Shown here: one piece after another, positions 1 to 8,692 of the stretch
How positions within the stretch are numbered: position 1 is the first letter of the stretch
How the letters are laid out: each line of letters begins with the position of its first letter
From: Entomortierella parvispora E1425
Taxonomy: Eukaryota; Fungi; Mortierellomycota
Direction of reading: 5' to 3'
NCBI GenBank assembly: GCA_020891255.1
Contig: BQFW01000004.1
Span: 2,728,001-2,792,000, forward strand
DNA length: 64,000 nucleotides
Made by a program: the position numbers and the translations under genes
The notes under the pieces: generated by a model
Database searches by the model: none
What the model was told of the DNA's origin: nothing
What the model saw: only the letters and a program-made list of their open reading frames with translations

Positions 1-42
1 GCCAGCTTTACGACATCCTGGAAAGGATCAACTTCCCACAAA

Positions 43-570
43 ATGTCTGCCAATTGCATCATCGTCATGGGCGTCTCTGGCAGCGGCAAGACGTCCGTTG
101 GCAGAGAACTTGCTCAGAAATGGCCCGCAAAGTTCTTTGATGGTGACGACTTGCATCAGCGCTCCAACATTGTCAAAATGGCCAGCGGGCAACCCCTGGA
201 TGACAACGATCGAGCCCCCTGGCTCGAACGTCTCAATGATGTCGTCTATAGCCTGAACCACAAGAACGAGCGTGGGGTAATTGTTTGCTCTTCTCTCAAG
301 AAAAAGTACCGCGACCGCCTCCGGGAAGGGAATGAGCGTGTACTGTTCATTTTTCTCGATTGCGACCTGGCCGTTATACGACACAGACTGGAAGCGCGCT
401 CGAACCATTACATGCCCGCGCAGCTCCTCCAGAGCCAGTTTGACATTCTGGAGAGACCCGACGAGAGAGAGCCTGATGTTATCTCTATCGATGCAGACTC
501 ACTGACGGTGGAACAGGCGGTTGAACGCTGTCTCGATATCGTCGGATCCACCAAGCGTCAAGTCGAGTAA
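43..570 (+). CDS. idnK: Gluconokinase (GntK/IdnK family), intronless, 175 aa
   Basis: P-loop VMGVSGSGKT, FFDGDDLH, KMASGQPLDDNDRAPWL, IVCSSLKKKYRD, HYMPAQLLQSQFDILERP are all gluconokinase family motifs; ATG in cacaaaATG context. Confidence 0.93.
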   Translation: MSANCIIVMGVSGSGKTSVGRELAQKWPAKFFDGDDLHQRSNIVKMASGQPLDDNDRAPWLERLNDVVYSLNHKNERGVIVCSSLKKKYRDRLREGNERVLFIFLDCDLAVIRHRLEARSNHYMPAQLLQSQFDILERPDEREPDVISIDADSLTVEQAVERCLDIVGSTKRQVE

Positions 571-960
571 ACTGGGGGGTCCTTTGTCCAGCTGGATGGC
601 GCGGGGGAGAGATCGAAGTGAACTCCGCACACGTGCACGATTCGTGGCCAACTGGCGGACGGTGGAAATCCCAGGACCATCATCCTTCGGCCCTGTCCCT
701 CGGCTCTATCTCTCATGGCTCTTCCCCCACATTTCTCATTAATGGCTCCTTCGTCTTTTGCACTACTGAAAAGAGCATGCGATCATGACAATCGGTCGTG
801 TGACAGCATCCTTCTTGCATGTGAGGACATTATGATCTGCAGGAGCGAACATCAAATAGACACATAGAACCGAGCGCAATTGCTCATGGTGGTGTAAAAG
901 AACCATGTTCTTGAGAAAACGACAATAAGCAATAAATATCTATATATCTGTGAACAAAAC

Positions 961-1599
961 TTAGGCCGAGCTCCGGATCAGATGCTGCACAGCAATATCC
1001 TTGTAGGACTCCAGTCCAGGGAGATCCAAGCCAACGACCTTGGCTTTGTCATCCCAGAGACGCAATTGAACTTTTTCCCGGAAGAGAGGATCAGACTCAA
1101 ACTCCTTGACCTGCTCGGCCGAGAAGGGCCCTCCCTGGTACTTGAGAGACGCCTTGCTGGCAGAGCTCAGTCCATCGTAGTACGCTTGGTCCATTGCTGT
1201 AAGGTAACGCTTGGCAACGACATGGGCCTCAACGAGCTGGGCGACCTTCTCGCTAAATCCTAACCTCCTGAGGTACTGGCCTCCAATGTATTCATGACCC
1301 TTGACGCCGACCTTAACGTTGCTTGTTGATTCGGTGGTCTTGCCTGCGAGATCGGAGGCCTCAGCCATGATATCCATGGCGGTCTGTCGATCACAGAATT
1401 GTCCGATGTCATGCAAAAGCGCGGCAAGGACCGTCTCGTTATCAGCCTGGGCATCACGGGCTTGTTGTGCCGTTTGAAGAGAGTGCTCGAGCTGTGAAAT
1501 ATCCTCGCCGAGATACTCCTTCTTACTGCCCTCCTCCAGGACGTTGAAGATGAGCTCGACCGTTTGCTGGGCAGATTCGATATCGGGTTGGGGCGCCAT
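961..1599 (-). CDS. phnZ: PhnZ-like HD-domain mixed-valent diiron oxygenase (phosphonate C-P cleavage), intronless, 212 aa from MAPQPD
   Basis: YLGEDISQLEHSLQ, LLHDIGQ, GHEYIG, EAHVVAKRYL, SSASKASLKYQGG, LRLWDDKAK reproduce the PhnZ metal and substrate ligand pattern and spacing (Y24,E27,H34,H58,D59,H80,H104,K108,R158,D161 in PhnZ numbering, recalled). Confidence 0.88.
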   Translation of the reverse strand: MAPQPDIESAQQTVELIFNVLEEGSKKEYLGEDISQLEHSLQTAQQARDAQADNETVLAALLHDIGQFCDRQTAMDIMAEASDLAGKTTESTSNVKVGVKGHEYIGGQYLRRLGFSEKVAQLVEAHVVAKRYLTAMDQAYYDGLSSASKASLKYQGGPFSAEQVKEFESDPLFREKVQLRLWDDKAKVVGLDLPGLESYKDIAVQHLIRSSA

Positions 1600-2569
1600 T
1601 TTGGGATGTTTTGTGTTGAAGCTGGAGATGAACAAAGAAAGAAAGAGAGAGCGACAAAGATGATCAGATTGTAAACAAAGTCAAAGTAACATTTCCTTTG
1701 TTGTTGGCGGCTTTGAGGAAATCTCAAGGGAGCTTTTTCCACGTGTGTCCAATGCAGTGCGGATTGGTTCTTGGTACCTTTTTGTTGACCTTGTTATTGT
1801 TGGGAAAAAAACAGCGGGAACCAGGGAAGATCCTCGTGGTTAAACGACACAACAGGCCAAAAACGATGACTCTGACTGACTGACTGGTTTGTTTTCCATG
1901 GAACCATTCGGGCGTAAAGCGCTGGCCCGAAGGGTGTACAAGAGCAAGTATTATTGAGTAGCGTGAGGTGTTTTCTGCTAACAGATAGCCCTTGTGTCTA
2001 TTTTTCCATTGAATGTTCTCTTCGGCAAGCGCCAAGTCAATCTTCGGCAACAGAGGCCGTGCCAAACAGCGGAGCGGCGTAGATGGACAGAGTGCGATGG
2101 AGGGTGAGGGAAAAATGAAGCCCACACGCTGACTAACCATCCGACCGAGTCTGGAGGCCACATTCAATGCAGTTAATCCGAGCACTCATGGTGGCGGACA
2201 CGCCGCACGTGCCCCTCGCGTCTGGTTGGCGTGGTGCGCCAGTGGAGTCTAAAAAAATAAACTCGGTCTCGGGTCTCTTGATCTCCGTCCACTTTAGGGT
2301 GGCCAGCCCAACCTCGACCCCCTAATTCGGAGAACTCGGACGCCCTCGCCTTGTCCCACGAGCTCTCGCCCCTGCCTTTTACAGCCAGTTCCCTGGACTT
2401 CTTTATCCCGCTGCCTCAGAGTCCCTGCATTCCAGAAGACGCTCTCTGTTGACGCCACCTCTGGTCATTTAAAAGGCAAATCATTCCCGCTCGTCTGATT
2501 GTAAAGTACACACCTCTCTTTCTTCTCCAACCATCCCACATCTTCCCCCACCCCCTCTTCACAGCACCA
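1600..2569. promoter_or_regulatory. Divergent promoter shared by phnZ and phnY, with two CACGTG boxes (1740-1745; GCACGTGC 2205-2212)
   Basis: Head-to-head ATGs at 1599 (-) and 2570 (+); motifs read directly from the sequence; function inferred. Confidence 0.55.
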
Positions 2570-3488
2570 ATGATGACCATTGAGCACTTGTCCGACTACC
2601 AAGTGAGCGGGGAACAGATCGACGCCTACCACCGCGAAGGCTTCCTCCTCATCGAGGACTTCTTCTCGCCCGAGGAGCACCGCGAGTTGGTCAACATCTG
2701 CAACGAGATCTCCAACTGGCCCGATCAGAAGAACAAGTGGATGCAGTACTACGAGCGCAACACCGAGACTGGTGAGAAGCAGCTCTGCCGTACTGAGAAC
2801 TTTACGCCTTTCCACGACAGAATGCGCGAGTATGTCCGTGGTCCTCGTGTCTTGAACTTGCTCGCCAAGCTCAACCACGGATCCGAGTACGTGCTGTTCA
2901 AGGAGAAGATCAACTACAAGTTGGCCGGAGGTGGTGGTAAGTGGTTCTTGAATGCTTTCTGCCGGACATTCGTTCTCCCATGGACAAGTGACAAACTCGT
3001 GCTTCTTTATTTGTTTATTTTCATGCTCCAAAGGATTCCCTGCTCACCAGGATGCCCCCGCGTTCATCCAGTTTGGCCAGGTGACACACGCAACCGCCAT
3101 GTTCACCATCGACCCCACCACTCAGGCCAATGGCTGTCTTGAGGTCGTGCCCCGTTCCCACGTCCACGGTGTTCTTGCTCAGGAGAAGAAGGATGGATCC
3201 ATTGCTCGTGAGTGGTGCGAAAGGCACGAGTGGATCCCAGTAGAGACCAAACCTGGCTGCCTGCTCGTCTTTGGAGCCTACCTCGCTCACCGATCTGGAG
3301 ACAACACGACAAATGAGCCTCGCAAGGCCGTGTACTTGACTTACAACCAGGCCAAGGAGGGAGACTTGCGCGACCACTACTACGACGAGAAGAGACGTCT
3401 CTTCCCCCCAATCTCAGATCGCGAGGAGGGCAAGGATTACTCTGAGGGTGCCACCATCTACAACCTTGCAACACCCATCACGGAATAA
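2570..3488 (+). CDS. phnY: PhnY-like Fe(II)/2-oxoglutarate dioxygenase (PhyH family); 2 exons 2570-2936 and 3034-3488
   Basis: Intron GTAAGT (2937)...AAAG (3033) joins LFKEKINYKLAGGG to GFPAHQDA (HxD); distal LAHRS His, PRKAVYLTYN 2OG-binding Arg and C-terminal EGDLRDHYYDEKRRLFPP match PhnY-type proteins. Confidence 0.85.
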
Positions 3489-4048
3489 GAACCTCCCTCT
3501 TCCTCCGACAGATCCTTTCTTTTCTCCTACAATGCTTTTGCTTTTCATTTTTGTTCAGTTCATAAAATCAAACACTCAGGGCCATTGAGTCCTGAGTGTC
3601 TCTTCACTATAACATTGGCCGAATGATATGCAAACATAATTTCCTTGCAAAGCCACCATGCAAGATCGACGGTGGCTGAGTGCTGTGCTGGTCCAAAACC
3701 ATGAGAAAGCCCCAAGAGCCTTGTTAGGGTAAACGTGTCCTGTTGTCAGACTCTAGCTCTTGCATGTAGGGAAAAGCCGGCTATCTCGCAGGTTAGAACT
3801 CTGCTCCTCTCTGCCTATTACCGAAACCACCACAATTGCTGTCCATTGTCTGTCCCTATCTTGACAGAAGCGAAGCGACCGAGATTACATCATACCATCA
3901 TGACAGGCCAGCAGCCAGCCAGCCAGCATGGGTCAAAATTTATTTACCAAGGCAATTTTTTCAGCAATAAATTATAAATAACCTTGAATAAAATAAATTG
4001 TGAACTATAGCAGCGTTCCTGCCACGCGGTGGCTCATGGTCACAGGCC

Positions 4049-4065
4049 GACGGACAGACAGACAG

Positions 4066-4159
<94 letters not shown>

Positions 4160-4160
4160 G
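4049..4160. repeat. (GACA)n microsatellite, 28 units, four of them GACG variants
   Basis: Counted directly; GACG at units 1, 6, 15 and 28. Confidence 0.97.
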
Positions 4161-4658
4161 GGAGCAAGAGCATCCTGGCTGGACCAGCGGCTCTCACTTT
4201 AGTCCATCTCTGCTCCCTTCCTTCTTTCATCCTTTCAATCCTCCCTTTCCTTCTCTTGCCATCTCTCTTCCCGACGTTTTCTCGCCGACTTTGCTCCCCT
4301 CGCCGCGTGCATCTTCTTCCTGCCTCCCTGCAACCGACACGCTCTAAAGAGAGAACGAAAGAGAGACTGAGGAATAGAGTAAGATCATCACGCTCAACCA
4401 CATGATTATTCCTGATGGACCCCAGGCCTGACCACACAGTTTTTTCATGCTGTGCCCAGACTGCAACCATTCGAAGCTAGTCAGGTCTCAAGCAGATGGC
4501 TTTCAGACACTTGACCCGGACGCGACAGCAGGCGCAACTGCAAGCCATTTCTAAAATCCACTGCTGACCTTCCATTTTGCCTCTTAGGATTCTCACAGGA
4601 CTCGCCGTATACCAAGACAACAGGGCACAGTCAATATTTTTGAAAAAAGAAAAACGTA

Positions 4659-6672
4659 ATGTCAACGAGCGTACTCAGCGACAGGCAGCGCGATGAACTG
4701 TAAGTGTGTGTCATCAAGCAATGTCGCCTCGAAATGGAGGTCATCTCGCGTGATTCCAACCTCCTCTTGCATTGACTGACAGCAAACTTCCAACTTCCAC
4801 TATCCTCCTGTCTTCTTTTTTCTTCAGGCACAAGGCCATCCTAGATTACTTGAGTGCCAGCGGTTTCAACGAGTCGTTTCAATCTCTGAGAAAAGAGTCT
4901 AAGAATCAGGATTTCACGCCAGGGCCTCAGCAAAAGTCAACGGGTCTGCTGGAAAAGAAGTGGACTTCTGTCATTCGGCTGCAAAAGAAGGTAAGAGGAC
5001 GATGCCATATTTATATTGTCACGCAGCATCTCTGGCCCGTTTAAAACAAGGCCGGGAACAACCCATATACTAACTGCCATTCCATCTGGATGCTAGATTA
5101 TGGATCTGGAGAACAAGCTAGCGGCTATGCAGGAAGAGTTGAGCAATGCCCCTGTCAGGAAAGTTACAAGTTCAGTAGACTGGATTCCTCGACCACCAGA
5201 GCGTTGGGCATTGACAGGCCATCGCAGTCCAATCACACGGGTTGCCTTCCATCCCGTGTTCTCGCTCATTGCGTCGGCTTCCGAGGACACAACAATACGA
5301 ATCTCGGATTACGAGACTGGCGAATACGAAAGGACTTTGAAGGGACATACAAAAGCTGTTCAGGATATTTCTTTCGATGCAAAGGGCAACTTTTTGGGTA
5401 TAGTCATTGTCCTTTCTTTATGAGTTCTACTGTTTTCAACAGAGCAGGATCAAAGTCTGACCTGCGATGGGTGTCCACGCTCAATTTTCATTCATTAGTC
5501 TCCTGCTCAAACGACTTGAGCATCAAAATCTGGGATCTGCAGCAGGACTACAAGTGCACCAAGACTCTTTTTGGGCACGACCACAGTGTGTCATCGGTTG
5601 TTTTTCTTCCATCTGGTGACTTGATCGCGTCTGCTTCCCGTGACAAGACTATCAAGCTCTGGGATGTGGCGACAACGTAAGGACTGGGGATGATCAAAAT
5701 CTCCTAGCAATGCAACTTCAGCAACGAGCTCATCACATGCATTATCACTCTATTATGTAGATACTGCGTGAAGACGATTACAGGACATCTGGATTGGGTG
5801 CGTTATGTTCAACCGAGCGAGGATGGCCGCCTTTTGGTGAGCAGCTCTAGCGATCAGGTGAGAAAATGTTACCATGTTTGTATTGCCAGAGCAAGGACTT
5901 CAGCGGCTTTCAATTCCAAATATTGACCTTTTTTTTTCTGTCGCTACACCTTGGCGTTCAGACCGCCCGTATTTGGGATGTATCAACGGGAGAATGCAAG
6001 AGCGAGTTCAGAGGCCATGACAACGTTGTAGAATGCGCGGTGTTCGCCCCTCTTGCATCGTATCCATTCATCAAGGAACTCATTGGCATTGATGTAAGTT
6101 GGAATTGTAAAATACCCGTCTGAAATATTTCGTCATTTAGACACGCTCTAAAATTAAAATATCATCATAGCCAAAGGTCAGTGCAAAGGATCAACCGCAA
6201 CCAGGCCAGTACGTCGCAACAGGCTCCAGAGACAAGACGATCAAACTTTGGGATGCCACCGGACAATGTATCCAGACTCTGGTATGTACCCGTTCGATGC
6301 TTTGCTCCAGGGATGAACAACACAGCCAAACTGACAGACGCTATTTCGTAGATTGGACACGACAACTGGGTACGAGGACTTGTATTCCATCCTTCTGGAA
6401 AGTTCCTTTTGAGTGCTTCGGATGATAAGACGCTCAAGATCTGGGACTTGAAATCAGGTCGCTGCATGAAGACCATGGAGGCACACTCTCATTTTGTGAC
6501 ATGTATCGCCTTCAATGCCACAACCCCCATTGTCGCCACGGGATCGGTCGATCAGGTATGGACGATAAAAAAGTGAATGAACTTTGGAATGTTGCATTGC
6601 TCATGGTTGCATTCGTTTTAACATTTATTTATTTTTACTTTGTAGACGCTGAAGCTGTGGCAATGTCGTTAA
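4659..6672 (+). CDS. LIS1: LIS1/NudF/Pac1 dynein regulator (LisH + coiled coil + WD40), multi-exon
   Basis: Exon 1 [14 protein letters not shown], then [48 protein letters not shown], several GH...WD repeats, last exon TLKLWQCR*. Confidence 0.95.
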
Positions 6673-7912
6673 AGCTCAGGTCAAACACATTAATAAACTG
6701 ATCACATCATGAACTTCTTTGAGGATCGCCTCCTTGGCCGTTGAGGCCGTGTGTGTGCATCTCGTGTCGCCTTGGGCTCTGGCACATTTGGTAGGCCACA
6801 TTAACATGCAAGTATCTGCTCACGGAGACGGACTGGTCAACTAAAAAGGAGTCATGGAAGGGAAGAAGTACTGAAGTGATCGAGTGAGCGAAAGAGTGAG
6901 AATGGATAAGAACATGCACACGCCGAAAACCGAAGTTGGCTCATCTACGCTGTTTTTTTTTTTTTTTTTGTTTTGTTTTATTTGGACAAGCTTGACCACC
7001 TTTGGGTCAAGCGCGTCTTGAAGGCGCATCTTTTTAGGGTGAGCAGGAGGTGGGATGGTGAGTTTAGAGGACTGACAATGAAGGGTCGCGTCCAGATACG
7101 GACCAGGCTCGCATCCCATCCGGCTCGTCCCTCCCTTTCTTTGTCCTCTGCTTCCTCCTTGAACTGGTCCTGCGCCTATCTCCTTTTCTTGAAAATGACC
7201 GATGCATTTTTGTATAAGTCAAAGACGCCAATGCACCATGGACCGCGCTACGATTCCGCATGGCCTTGGTTCTCAGTCTAGAAGGGACGACGCGTTGATG
7301 CATCGCGAAGTGTTATCAGGAACATGCTTCCTGGAGCGAAAGAGGGAAGGTCAAGAAAAGAGGACTCAGGAGAGACTCACCAAAGACCCTTTTTTTTTCT
7401 CTCTCTGTCTTCTCTTCCTCTCTTCCTCTCCTCCCTCTCTGCCTTTCATAGCTCTGGCAATCGTGTGTCGGCCACTTTCTTTTTTTCACGCCTCCCATCT
7501 CGCTCTCCTTCGCCCTCTTGTCTCCCTTCCTCCCTCTCGTTCCTCTTCTTTTTTCTTCTTCTCCTCTCTTTCTCTCTCTCTCTTCCTTTCTATCCCGACC
7601 CTTCTCGCTTCCTCTTCCTTCTTCTCTTCCTCTTGCCTCCTCTTGTCTCTTCTTTCTCCTGGGCCCGGCTTTATATTCGCCGACAGTGTCCATTAAGCAT
7701 ACTAGCATCTCCCCCCACCCCCTTTCTGTTCACCTTTCGGCCCACAACCAAACAGAAACGCCACTCTACGTTCAGCCTTTTCGGATTGATCTCTATCATT
7801 CCTTCTTTGGTTCTTCAACTTCCATGCGCGTCAATCTTCATTATTAGTAGTCGTATCATCGGTCAACTATCACATCCACCTCATTTCTCATTCACACCCA
7901 CGGAAACGGAAT

Positions 7913-8660
7913 ATGAATAACGATTGCGACCCTTGTGTAAACGAGGCTTTGGTGGGAATGTGTCCTGAGGAGAAAATCATTCCAGAGGCCATTACGATCC
8001 GACTTCAAGTCGATCCACCAGAGCCCACAGAGACGGCGACATTGGAACCGGAAGAGAGCCAACATGGCCCAGATCTCGCCCCACTGGACCATGAGAAAGT
8101 TCTGGGGGACCAGGCAGATGCAGACAACACACTCCTTTCCCCAACAGTGGTGAGGCGGCGGGACCTTGGAAGGGACCCCTCGACATCTCAGAGATGGCGC
8201 CTAAGCATGAATGGGACCTCGGAGGTTTTTGGCTCTATATGTGAAGCCCAAGTGGAAGAGAGCGAGCCGACTCCAACATCAACGAAACCAGCCTCTTTGC
8301 TGGAACCAGCAGGTAAAAACAAAGAGCCAGGGCTTATGGGAGAGGTGACCAGAGGCTCTCTTTGTTTGTGGAGCGACGATCCGATCATGTTCATGAAAAT
8401 ACAACACCGACTCATTTGCTCATTTTTTCATATTTTTTTTTCTTCCCCTGCATAGATCGAAGAGACAACACATTTCGCGTGCCCCTTCTGCAGTCCGTGC
8501 AATTGGCTTCGGCCATGTTTGACAACGGACATCGGGTTCCCCTTGCGCTCTACTACGTTGCCGAGGAGCTGCGCAGCCGCTGTAAGCAAAGACACCTAAA
8601 TATCGGCTGTCGATCCAAATTGGCCGGGCTCTGTTCACAGCAAGGATGTGTTCTCATGGC

Positions 8661-8692
<32 letters not shown>

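Noticed and set aside
20-42. AGGA upstream of the gluconokinase ATG as a possible Shine-Dalgarno relic
   Set aside because: Spacing of about 15 nt is too long, and the ATG has a eukaryotic A-rich context.
1724-2188. Minus-strand ORF(s) in the phn promoter, including a short M-S-A-R-I-N-C-I-E-C start followed by a GTTAGT donor-like site
   Set aside because: No convincing downstream exon or family motif could be built; probably non-coding.
4000-4470. ORFs spanning the GACA array (RQTD / CLSV repeats), and CRISPR-like periodicity
   Set aside because: Translation of a microsatellite; no spacers and no cas genes.
7064-7920. Several overlapping S/F/L- or R/E/K-rich ORFs
   Set aside because: Artefacts of the CT-rich leader upstream of the RhoGAP-like gene.
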